Assembly (NCBI RefSeq): GCF_964355755.1
Contig: NC_092673.1
Coordinates: forward strand, 34,593,648 to 34,657,647
Direction of reading: 5' to 3'
Source of the DNA: Antedon mediterranea
Lineage: Eukaryota; Animalia; Echinodermata
DNA: 64,000 nt
Shown piece after piece: positions 24,194 through 34,635 of the stretch. A program made the position numbers and the translations under genes. Positions within the stretch are counted from its first letter, which is position 1. Every line of letters starts with the position of its first letter. The notes below the pieces were generated by a model. That model was given only the letters and a program-made list of their open reading frames with translations, made no database searches and was not told where the DNA came from.

Positions 24194-26939
24194 TTTTTAT
24201 TTATTTATTTATTTAGGTTTAAAAACACATACAAAACAGCAGCCATTGGCTGATAACGTTTGTTTACAATCAATATACATAAATAATTAAAAGTAAAAGA
24301 GGAACAATTACAAACAGCATAGAAAAATAACTATATATTATAAAACACAAAATACAATATTATTCGTTCATAAAATTGAGCACGTCATTATTATTATTAT
24401 TATTTAAGATTATTATTAATATATACATTATTAAAATTATTATAATAAAAGGTCGAAACGGCATCTAGAAAGTGAGAAATAATCATGGAAATCAAACCTA
24501 TATCAGTTAGCATTAATGAACTTAACAATCGTAGGTATGGCAGACCTTTGGTATCGTTCAGTTTTACACCTGGGGGGAAGGAGACTTCCGGTACTAGTTG
24601 TATTAGACCTAAGGGTTCTCTTCTGCCCGCGGCAAGGAGGTAGCATGTCTCGAAAACAGTTGGACTTGAGTAACCCCCTGCCAAAGGACAACACAAGAGT
24701 GTCTCTCCTTGCCCCGAGAGAAGGTAACCCTGTAACCTCTAGGGCATTGTCATAGGAAATGTAGGTAGCACCTAACATTATTCGACATGCTCTTTTCTGG
24801 ATGGTCTCAATGCTGTTGGCCATTTTCTTGGTAATAGCACCATGCCATACCTGGCAAGCGTATTCCAAGATGGGCCTAATGTAGGAAGTGTACACAGTGA
24901 TTAGGTCATCAAGAACAACATTGACTTTTTTTAAAATACATAGAGCAAAGAGTCTTCTTGATGCCCGTGAGACAATATCTTGGGTGTTGAGGTCCCACTT
25001 CAAATTACTTTGAATTATGACGCCAAGCAATCTCATATGTTCTACTACATCAAGGTTGGAGCCATTTAGATTAAAAATGGGAGACGCAGCGTCAACGCTG
25101 ATGTCTTTCAAAAAGTTAACGGTCATTATATGGCACTTAGAGGGCTTTGGGATCATATTATTCTTTCTACACCAATCATTAACATCATTAAGCATCTCTT
25201 GCATCGTAGGCCTAGCTCCTTTACTAACTACCTCTCCCAGGGTGAGGTCGTCTACGTATTTCCACCTTCTGCAGCTTCCGACACAGGCATCATTAATGAG
25301 CACCAAGAATAACACGGGACCAAGCTTAGTCCCTTGCTGGACGCCACAGGTTATCTTACTAGAAGTAGATGTACATCCAGTATATTTGGTATTCATGGTG
25401 CGATCGGTGAGGAAGCTGCAGATGGTGGGAATTATAGACGACCTCACCCCGATGTCGATTAACTTCTTTATAAGAATAGAGTGGTCAACAAGGTCAAAAG
25501 CTTTGGTGAAATCAATTGCGCACAGATTAACGTAAGTTCCACCACACTCAAGATCTTTGAGCACCGAGTCAATTAAGCTTATAAGATAATGGGAGGTCGA
25601 TGATTTCTTCCTGCTTCCAAATTGTCTAGAATCTAAGCTAATATTTATATCCTCCACGATCCACTTAACTAAAAACGATTCAAAGACTCTGGCTAATATG
25701 GGGGTAAGGGAAATCGGCCTTAAGTCGTTAAGTGATTTAACACTATTAACCTTAGGAATTGGAATGGCGGTTGCTTTTTTCCAGGCGCTAGGGAATGTTC
25801 CTTCTTTAAGGGCACAATTAAAAATATCAGCAATTGGTGGAGCTAATTCAGGGGCAAAGTCTCTAATTAACCGTGCAGGTAGGTCCTCGGGGTGACCTGC
25901 CTTTATTGGAACTAATTTGCTAAGTAATGCTTTTACTTGCCCGACAAAAATATATGGGGGTTTATCATTTGCTGGCAAATAGGCAGGCAACTTTTTAATA
26001 TCTAATGGTGTTAACTTATTGCAAATACTGGAGAAATGGCTGTTAATGTTCTCCGCAATATCTTCATCGGAATGGCCAGGCATACTAAATGTAGTATGTT
26101 TTTTCATGTTACAGAGTTGTTTAATCCCCTTATGCCATTTGGCTGCATTGTTAGACTTTAGATTCTTTAGGGAATTGCGATAATACGATTGTTTGGCTTC
26201 TCTAATTCCAGCTTCCACCATGTTACGGAGATTCCTCCATTCCTGCGTTTTACCATGCTTTTCATACGATTTCTGTCGAGCATCTAGTAGATTCCGAACT
26301 TTAGATGTCATCCATGGTCGATCTGCTTCTCTCACACGCTTAGTAATAACTGGAAACTTATCAGAGTATGCTCCATTTAGCAGAGAGATAAACTCGTCGG
26401 TTTTTGACTCAGCATCAACTATATTGTACACGTTATCCCATTCATATGCTGTGACCCACTGTCCGAAACATCTTACAGAGCTGTCACGGTACGGTTGAGT
26501 TTTAATTTTATGACACATATTTCGCGGAACTTCTGTTTTAGGATGTATCAGGATGGCGTTGTGATCACTGCGTCCTAGTGGGGCTAGTCGTTTGGGTGCA
26601 GTATATATATCTGGATAGTTCATGAAAACTTTATCAAGAATTGCACCCTTCCTGGTTGGAAAGTTTACTACTTGGGAAAATCCTACACGCGTTTCAATGT
26701 CGTCGGTGTTTAGCTGATTAAAATCACCTAGCACAAAAATGGGTGCATAACTATCTACCGAACGAATGGTGTCGATAGTTTCAATGATATGTTCAATCAG
26801 ACTATCCCCAGCTGGAGCCGACGGCGGGAAGTAAATGCCTCCAAAGTAGAAATGATGACCTTGTTTACATCTGCGTGGCAGGGTGGCTTTTACCCAGAGA
26901 CATTCGAAGCAACAATCCGCATGTCCAATTACAGGATCG
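24194..26939 (-). mobile_element. 5'-truncated non-LTR retrotransposon (CR1/L2 group) inserted in an array spacer
   Basis: Array spacer resumes on both sides with a 5-bp duplication or microhomology atatt (24189-24193, 26940-26944); (TAAA)n-type 3' tail at about 24194-24215; about 300-bp 3' UTR; EN+RT ORF. Confidence 0.92.
24503..26938 (-). CDS. LINE ORF2: partial APE endonuclease + reverse transcriptase
   Basis: ORF-track 743 aa extends in frame to the 5' junction (DPVIGHADCCFECLWVKAT...GGIYFPP...IFVLGDFN). EN motifs LGDFN, PTRKGAILD, SDHN; RT motifs LRPISLT, IDFTKAFD, QGTKLGP, YVDD, RPILEYACQVW. Confidence 0.92.
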   Translation of the reverse strand, partial: DPVIGHADCCFECLWVKATLPRRCKQGHHFYFGGIYFPPSAPAGDSLIEHIIETIDTIRSVDSYAPIFVLGDFNQLNTDDIETRVGFSQVVNFPTRKGAILDKVFMNYPDIYTAPKRLAPLGRSDHNAILIHPKTEVPRNMCHKIKTQPYRDSSVRCFGQWVTAYEWDNVYNIVDAESKTDEFISLLNGAYSDKFPVITKRVREADRPWMTSKVRNLLDARQKSYEKHGKTQEWRNLRNMVEAGIREAKQSYYRNSLKNLKSNNAAKWHKGIKQLCNMKKHTTFSMPGHSDEDIAENINSHFSSICNKLTPLDIKKLPAYLPANDKPPYIFVGQVKALLSKLVPIKAGHPEDLPARLIRDFAPELAPPIADIFNCALKEGTFPSAWKKATAIPIPKVNSVKSLNDLRPISLTPILARVFESFLVKWIVEDINISLDSRQFGSRKKSSTSHYLISLIDSVLKDLECGGTYVNLCAIDFTKAFDLVDHSILIKKLIDIGVRSSIIPTICSFLTDRTMNTKYTGCTSTSSKITCGVQQGTKLGPVLFLVLINDACVGSCRRWKYVDDLTLGEVVSKGARPTMQEMLNDVNDWCRKNNMIPKPSKCHIMTVNFLKDISVDAASPIFNLNGSNLDVVEHMRLLGVIIQSNLKWDLNTQDIVSRASRRLFALCILKKVNVVLDDLITVYTSYIRPILEYACQVWHGAITKKMANSIETIQKRACRIMLGATYISYDNALEVTGLPSLGARRDTLVLSFGRGLLKSNCFRDMLPPCRGQKRTLRSNTTSTGSLLPPRCKTERYQRSAIPTIVKFINAN

Positions 26940-29900
26940 ATATTATAATGGTATATGATAAAAATTAAGGCAGCGCCAGGATTTGAACCGGGGATCTCCT
27001 GTTTACAAGACAGGCGCTTTAACCGCTAAGCAACAGCGCCTTCCTGTATTGCTTAATTACGTTAAGAAAAATAATAACTAAAAAACGTTTTGTATATTAA
27101 ATGGTATACGATGGATATTAAGGCACTGATTGGATTTGAACCGGGGATCTCCTGTTTACTAGACAGGCGCTTTAACCTTGCTGTAATGATGAATTCGGTT
27201 AAAAAGATAGTAACTGAAAAAACGTTTTGTATATTAAAATCGTATACGATAAAAATGAAGGCACTGCCCGGATTTGAACCGAGAATCTCCTGTTTACAAG
27301 ACAGGCGCTTTAACCGCTAAGCCACAGCGCCTTGCTGTAATGCTGACTACCTTAAAAAAAAAATAACTGAAAAACGTTTTGTATATTAAAATGGTATACA
27401 ATAAAAATAAAGGCACTGCCCGGATTTGAACCGGGGATTTCCTATTTACTAGACAGGCGCTTTAACCGCTAAGCCACAGCGCCTTACTGTAGTTTTGAAT
27501 TCCGTTAACAAAATAATAATGAAAAAACATTTTGTATATTAAAATGGTATACGATAAAAATGAAGGCCCTGCCCGGATTTGAACCGGGGATCTCCTGTTT
27601 ACAAGACAGGCGCTTTAGCCGCTAAGCCACAGCCCCTTGCTGTAATGCTGAATTACGTTAAAAAAATAATAACTTAAAAAAGTTTTTGTAAATTTAACTG
27701 GTATACGATCAGAATTAAGGCACTGCCCGGATTTGAACCAGGGATCTCCTGTTTACTAGACAGGCACTTTAACCGCTAAACCACAACGCCTTTCTGTATT
27801 GCTTAATTACGTTAAGAAAAATAATAACTTAAAAAGGTTTTGGTAAATTGAACTGGTATACGATCAAAATTAAGGCACTGCCCGGATTTGAACCGGGGAT
27901 CTCCTGTTTACAAGACAGGCGCTTTAACCGCTAAGCAACAGCACCCTCCTGTATTGCTTAATTACGTTAAGAAAAATAATAACTTAAAAAAGTTTTGGTA
28001 AATTGAACTGGTATACGATAAAAATTGAGGCACTGGCTGGAGTTGAACCGGGGATCTCTTGTTTACTAGACAGGCGCTTTAACCGCTAAGCCACAGCGCC
28101 TTGCTGTAATTTTGAATTACGTTAAAAAAATAATAATTAAAAAACATTTTGTATATTAAAATGGTATACGATAAAAATAAAGGCCCTGCACGGATTTGAA
28201 CCGGGGATCTCCTGTTTACAAGACAGGCGCTTTAACCGCTAAGCCACAGCGCCTTGCTGTAATGCTGAATTACGTTAAAAAAATAATAACTTAAAAAAGT
28301 TTTTGTAACTTAAAAAGGTATACAATAAAAATTAAGGCACTGCCCGGATTTGAACCAGGGATCTCCTGTTTACAAGACAGGCGCTTTAACCGCTAAGCCA
28401 CAGCGCCTTCATGTTTTGCTGAATTACGTTAAGAAAAAAAATAACTTAAAAAGTTTTGGTATATTAAAACGGTATACAATAAAAATCAAGGCATTGCCCG
28501 GATTTGAACCGGGGATCTCCTGTTTACAAGACATGCACTTTAACCGCTAAACCACAGCATCTTGCTGTAATTTTGATTTACGTTAAAAAAATATTAATGA
28601 AAAAACATTTTGTATATTATAATGGTATATGATAAAAATTAAGGCACCGCCCGGATTTGAACCAGGGATCTCCTGTTTACTAGACAGGCGCTTTAACCGC
28701 TAAGCCACAGCGCCTTGCTACAATGCTGAACTACGTTAAAAAAATAATAACTAAAAAACGTTTTGTATATTTAAATGGTATACAATAAAAATTAAGGCAC
28801 TGTCCGGATTTGAACCGGGGTTCTCCTGTTTACAAGACAGGCACTTTAACCACTAAGCCACAGGGCCTTCATGTATTGTTTAATTACGTTAAATAAATAA
28901 TAAATTTAAAACGTTTTTGTATATTAAAATGGTCTACAATAAAAATTGAGGCACTGCCCTGATTTGAACCAGGGATCTCCTGTTTACAAGACAGGCGCTT
29001 TAACCGCTAAGCCACAGCGCCTTGCTGTAATTTTGAATTACGTTAAAAAAATAATAATTAAAAAACATTTTGTATATTAAAATGGTATACGATAAAAATG
29101 AAGGCACTGCCCGGATTTGAACCAGGGATCTCCTGTTTACAAGACAGGCGCTTTAACCGCTAAGCCACAGCGCCTTGCTGTAATGCTGACTACCTTAAAA
29201 AAAAAATAACTGAAAAACGTTTTGTATATTAAAATGGTATACAATAAAAGTAAAGGCACTGCCCGGATTTGAACCGGGGATCTCCTGTTTACTAGACAGG
29301 CGCTTTAACCGCTAAGCCACAGCGCCATGCTGTAATGCTGAATTACGTTAAAAAAATAATAACTTAAAAAAGTTTTTGTAAATTAAACTGGTATACGATC
29401 AGAATTAAGGCACTGCCCGGATTTGAACCAGGGATCTCCTGTTTACTAGACAGGCACTTTAACCGCTAAGCCACAGCGCCTTGCTGAAATGCTGACTACC
29501 TTAAAAAAAAATAACTGAAAAACGTTTTGTATATTAAAATGGTATACAATAAAAATAAAGGCACTGCCCGGATTTGAACCGGGGATCTCCTGTTTACTAG
29601 ACAGGCACTTTAACCGCTAAGCCTTAGAATATTTTTTTTTTCATTTGTTGTGCTTCAACATTACGGTTCAACACTATGAATTTGATAAGGCAAATGAATT
29701 CATGTTGCCAATAACTAGCCTACAGCAGGCAGATCTGTGTCTTAAACACAGAAAACAAGATTTTCATCTTTTTAAATGACACAATTGATAATTAATAGAA
29801 AATACAATATAAAAAAAATAATACATTTTAAAAGAAAATGGCAATCGGAATCCGGTACTGAAATGGTACGTTCACCGACCCATTTTCTGAAAATCTTCTG

Positions 29901-30122
29901 GTTATTAAACTTGTTCACACCTTTTTTTGGATTAGTTATTAGATACTTAAACATACATGAATTAGTTTTAATTCCACAATGCATTAAGTCACTTCCGAAA
30001 TCTATTTCAGCAAATTATATAATTATAAACAATTAACAAATTACAATCAACAAATTATATATATAATAAAAAACCATTATAAAAAACGCGCCTCATAATA
30101 AAATTAAACTGTTTCCAAAGTA

Positions 30123-31040
30123 TTCAATTCAATTCAATTCAAAATTCTTTAATCATCCCACACGGGCAATTCAAATAAAAAGGTCTGGATTAAAATTATC
30201 TTACAAAATATACAAAATATCACAATACACAGTACAAAAAAAATAAGAGTCAAGTTAAGGTTCAAGAATTTAAGAGTCGAATAGCCACTGGCAAAAACGA
30301 ATTCCTTTTCCGGTTTGTTCTACATGCCGGGCATCGAAAGCGACGCCCATGAGGCATGAGCTCAAAATCACTGAACAAGGCATGGTTAATATTTGTTAGA
30401 AAAGCTCTACTTTTTTCTAGAGTTTGCATGTCACAGAAAGAAGATAAGCTACGAAGTTGACAACCTATTAATTTAGAACTTAAGTTAACAATTCTTTGTA
30501 GTGAGTTTTTCTCTTTGACCATAAGACTAAAAAACCAGCATATAAAGGAAAAAGTTAAAACGTTCTCAATAAAGGAATTATAAAAAACCGTAAGAATTAC
30601 TTTATCGACATTAAAATGGTTCAGCTTCCTTAACAGATAAAGTCTCTGGTGTCCTTTCTTTACTATTGCCTCTGTATTTAATTCCCAGCCGAGATTATCC
30701 TCAAATATAGTACCTAGGTATTTAAAGGAATGGACAATATCGACTGGTTCGTCATTTATAATGGATACCCAAGGGTTGCGTCCTTTCTCCTTCCTAAAAT
30801 CTACAATCATCTCCTTGGTTTTGGTCACATTGAGTTCCAAGTAGGAGTTTCCACAAAATTGGATAAAATCATCTAAAGCGGAACCATGACCGTCCTGTGA
30901 ATTTTGAAGGAGAGACAGCAAGACAGTGTCGTCAGCAAATTTAACAAGATGACTATTGTCCTGTTTGCTGCGACAGTCATCCGTGTATATAATATACAGG
31001 AGAGGAATGAGGACGCAACCCTGGGGGGATCCAATACTTG
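30123..31040 (-). mobile_element. Rex1/Babar-like LINE 3' fragment
   Basis: ORF 30262-31101 carries GSPQGCVL, YTDDC, KFADDT, LNVTKTKEMIVDFRK, KGHQRLYLLRKL, NSFLPVAIRLLN, typical of Rex1-type RT C-halves; (TTGAA)n tail at about 30123-30142. 5' boundary approximate. Confidence 0.8.
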
Positions 31041-31171
31041 TCATACGTACATTCGAGTGTCTTTGGTATAGTCCCATTCTGAAATATTCGATTATAATCA
31101 TTCAAAAATCGAATGTAAAAGTAAGAAAACAATACTTGTTTTCACATTACTTGGCTGCACCCCTTTCCAAT

Positions 31172-31277
31172 AAATTCAAGGTCCGGATGTTTCAGAATAC
31201 AGGATTAACATCAAACGCACCTTTTTCTACAAATTCAAGGTCCGGATGTTTCAGAATACAGGATTAACATCAAACGC
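31172..31277 (+). repeat. Direct duplication (about 47 bp identical, 59-bp period) upstream of the lectin TATA box
   Basis: aaattcaaggtccggatgtttcagaatacaggattaacatcaaacgc at 31172 and 31231. Confidence 0.85.
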
Positions 31278-31299
31278 CCTCACTATCCTGGACAAAAAG

Positions 31300-31307
31300 T
31301 ATAAATA
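31300..31307 (+). promoter_or_regulatory. Candidate TATA box of the lectin gene
   Basis: TATAAATA 60 bp upstream of the ATG, with an Inr-like TCAGTT at about 31339. Confidence 0.45.
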
Positions 31308-31366
31308 TCATGTACATAATCATTGACGATTAATTAATTCAGTTTCAGAATACAGAAACATCAAAC

Positions 31367-32852
31367 ATGAAGATCTTTGTGGCTGTCTGCTTATTGGCTG
31401 TTTTCTTCGGAGCAAGTAGTGAGTACCATATTACACAAGTTAGTTTAACTAGGCCAAATATATATTTAAAAATATTTGTTTAGCCTCTGGTTTAAAAATG
31501 TTTCTGAAACTTTTCTATGACAAAATCAGCTGATAAATTACTGAAAAAGATTTTTTTTTATTTGTAAGTCGTTACATTATTCACCACTGGCAAAGATTTC
31601 TAGCTGGAGCTAAAGAAAATTAGATTAAATAAAGGTGATATTTAATGTCAGAATTAAATATATCATAAAGTCAATATATAAACCCCTGAGCATGGACTCA
31701 TTTTTCGGAACAACTAGTTTAAAACATCATGACTAGAGTCTAGTTTGCCAGGAGGCGAGTTTGCAAGCCTTGAAATAGTCTTTCGAATTTGCAACTTAAA
31801 TATTTCTGTTAGTTCTTTTAAAACCAAATTATTAAATTATCTCAATATTTATTTTTTAAATAATTTTGAAGTTGAAATGTGTGTAGTTGGTCGCTTTCTT
31901 GTAGATGCTTTAATTGTAGAAAGTAATTTTTTATTTTTGTTTGTTTCTTTCTGTGCTCTGTTCTGGGTTGACCAACAAGATAGGTGTTTTCTTTCCTTGT
32001 CCTTTATATTTGTTTTGTCTTCTTTGTTTTGTATATGGCAGAAATTGAATAAATAAAAAATGAAATAATAAAGAAAAAGCAAGTATATTTGTTGTGACCT
32101 ATTGATCGCTACATAGTAATGTAAATTATTTAGACAGACCTAGACCTAAACAAGTGGATATATGGATATTCAATTATATCTAACATTACTTAGTTTAATT
32201 ATTATCACTGATGATCAAACTTACAGATGCTGCCGTCACTAGATTTGTGTGTGAACACGACACAGTGAAGATAAACTGTGGAAATCACAAGATTAATGTA
32301 CTGTGTGCTGCATACGGACGGTCCGTGCCGTACAGTACACGCTGCGCATACTCCACTACAACACCACCCGATCTGTCGTGCATTGCGCAAACATCCATCT
32401 CAAAGGTAAACCAGCTTTGTGACGGCAAGAGTTCGTGCAGTGTTTATGCCAGTAACAGTGTGTTTGGTGATCCGTGCGTCTACACCTACAAATATCTGCA
32501 GGTCACATATGAATGTAAGTAGGCCTATGTTCATTTTCAAGTTTACTCCTCCTTCCACGTAACATGTATTCCTCGTCCACCTTCACAAATAATGTATCCA
32601 ACAATACCGTGGAATTCACAATCAGGGACTACGAACATATTCTGAGATAAGTTGTTGAAATTAATGATACTTTTACATCATTAGGCCTAAAAAAGGAAAG
32701 ATTTACATTTTATTACAGTTTTACCTTTTCAAATATCAAATTTCTGATATATTTCCAATTCTAATTTTTAGAAACATAACTAACTAAAGTGATCAATAGA
32801 CGCATTTATATTTATATATTTCGTTGATTTCATTACAGGCGTACTTAACTAA
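31367..32852 (+). CDS. Secreted SUEL-type (D-galactoside/L-rhamnose-binding) lectin, 117 aa, 3 exons
   Basis: Exons 31367-31418 (signal peptide MKIFVAVCLLAVFFGAS), 32227-32514, 32839-32852, GT-AG and phase-consistent. Motifs VCEH, AAYGR, LCDGKSSC, NSVFGDPCxxTYKYLxVxYxC. Confidence 0.9.
31780..32075 (+). mobile_element. Degenerate CR1-like LINE 3' end in lectin intron 1
   Basis: Reads ..SVSSFKTKLLNYL..NNFEVE / VCSWSLSCRCFNCR across a frameshift, a Cys-rich C-terminus seen in CR1-group ORF2, followed by an aataaa-rich tail. Confidence 0.45.
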
Positions 32853-33009
32853 GCGGTATGACAGATTTTTCAAGCAGAAGAATTTACACGATTTTGAAAT
32901 ATCAATTTAATATAAAGTTTACAGTTTATGGTTTACTAATAGATATTTCATATAGCTAATAAGCGTTGCAAGGCCAGTTTTTTTCCCAAAAATAATAAAC
33001 TAACATCAG

Positions 33010-34045
33010 TATAATCAAATGTGTGTTTCTTAATAACTACAAGTACTGTATTAATATTATTAATGAAAACTGAGACTCAAATAATAAGGCCTACCGTACA
33101 GATAAATGTGTGAATAGAATCCTACATAACACAGTCGGCACCTGCCCTCTTATCTTGAAACGATTATTTCTGGTTTGAAACTGTATTTCGAAGATTCCAA
33201 TTTTCTGGATGTCTGCTTTCGGCATGTGTTCATACCGATGCCTCATCTTATTACTATCATTCACTCGTATTAAAATATTTAGAACAAAAGACTAAATATA
33301 CTATAAGCCAATCATCATCATCAGTCTCAGGTTTTATATATATTATTGTTTTTGTTATATTTACGTGTTTAATGCAATACTTTGTAATGCTTAGATTTTT
33401 TATTTTGAATTATAAAGGATCCCAATGGAAATAAGCTAATAAGCCTTTTGGCCTACCCTGAAAATCTTTTATAGCCTAAATGTATTATTTGTAATGTCAG
33501 TAATTTATGTTATCACTTTGTATGTATTTTTTATGATGATTTTCCTAATAAATTATTAGGATATTTATACTAAATAGTTATATTATTCTGATTTCTGAAT
33601 TCTTATATTTATTGATTGGTATGATAATCTTTACTCGGTCTTGACGACGACCCGGCGAAGCATAAAAGCATAATAAAACTAAGAAAAGTAAACAAATATC
33701 TGATACATAAAACCGTAACAAACTCTTGTCGTTTTTAATTTGAGGATGCGTTACATGGAAAACATCAATCAACAACGATGTCTAGGAACATTTATGAAGG
33801 CTTTGATGGTAATGACGATTATGACGTCATCATCAACACAACAAATATTATTAATCATTATAATCAAACGTGTGTTTCTTAATGACTCCATGTGTTGATA
33901 TTATCCATAAAAGCTGAGACTCAAATAATATACCGAACAGATAAATATTTGAATAGAATCTTGCATAACACAGTCGGCACCTGCCCTCTTATTTTGAAAC
34001 ATGCATACGATCACTGTATTTTCAAGATTCCAATTTTCTAGGTGT
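33010..34045. repeat. Two diverged copies of a segment of about 190 bp (about 33010-33210 and 33860-34045)
   Basis: Shared tataatcaaa.gtgtgtttcttaat, ctgagactcaaataata, cataacacagtcggcacctgccctcttat, aagattccaattttct. Confidence 0.7.
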
Positions 34046-34635
34046 TTGGTTTTGGTAATGGATGACGATGTGTAGGTGAAGAAAAGGTATGGGTTGATTT
34101 TTGCTTTTGATAAAATCATTGAAGACGGCGGAACGGAAGACGGGCCATGTTGCATAATAGAAAATCACCTACTTAAAAGACGGCACCGTGTTGCTAAATA
34201 ATAGAAAATCACATACAGACTTGACCGTTCCAAGAAAAGGAACAACTGAATGTAGCAGGCCCATTTATAGGACGATAACGGTCGACGATAACTATATAAA
34301 TATGCATTAATTTCACCTACATAAAACAAAAGAAATCGAAAAAGTTTTCATCTTAAAAATGATAGAATAATCAACAATCATATGATTCGTGACGGTCAAT
34401 CAAATGACGTCATGATAGAGCACTATTAATATCGTGATTTACAACGATATCCTCCTTCTGTCCATCTATAGAGGGCGCCCAACATGTTTATTTCTCGATC
34501 GTATGAAACGTACACGGGGCCGGCCAAGAGGAGAGCAGAGAACCTGGCTGGCCGGCTGTAAAGGACCGACTGTTGCGCTGCTAGCTTAGCTAGCCTAGGG
34601 TAGGCCTACTATTTTTAATATAAAAACGTTGAAAT

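Larger units (their letters stand above)
1127..29623 (-). repeat. Tandem array of tRNA-Thr (AGT and TGT) genes and pseudogenes, about 153-bp unit, roughly 160 copies
   Basis: Reverse complement of the GC-rich core: GGCGCTG TG GCTT AGCGGTTA AAGC G CCTGT CT(A/T)GTAA ACAGG AGATC CCCGG TTCAAAT CCGGG CAGTGCC T, a 73-nt cloverleaf with A and B boxes, followed by a T4-T5 run. Period measured 1816 to 1969 = 153 bp. Count estimated from about 24.2 kb of array after removing two insertions. Confidence 0.95.

Noticed and set aside
24400-26498. Short ORFs overlapping the LINE
   Set aside because: Antisense or alternate-frame shadows of ORF2.
3000-28550. Repeated 60-90 aa plus-strand ORFs (MDIKAL..., MLNNVK...)
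   Set aside because: Chance antisense translations of tRNA-array units.
1127-29623. CRISPR-like repeat/spacer array
   Set aside because: Spacers are homologous to each other, the repeat is a 73-nt tRNA, there are no cas genes and the context is eukaryotic.
1127-29623. Array of tRNA-derived SINEs
   Set aside because: Units have a full cloverleaf with terminator and no SINE body, tail or target duplications.
29772-30036. Overlapping ORFs just right of the array
   Set aside because: No recognisable motif; AT-rich; possibly decayed TE.
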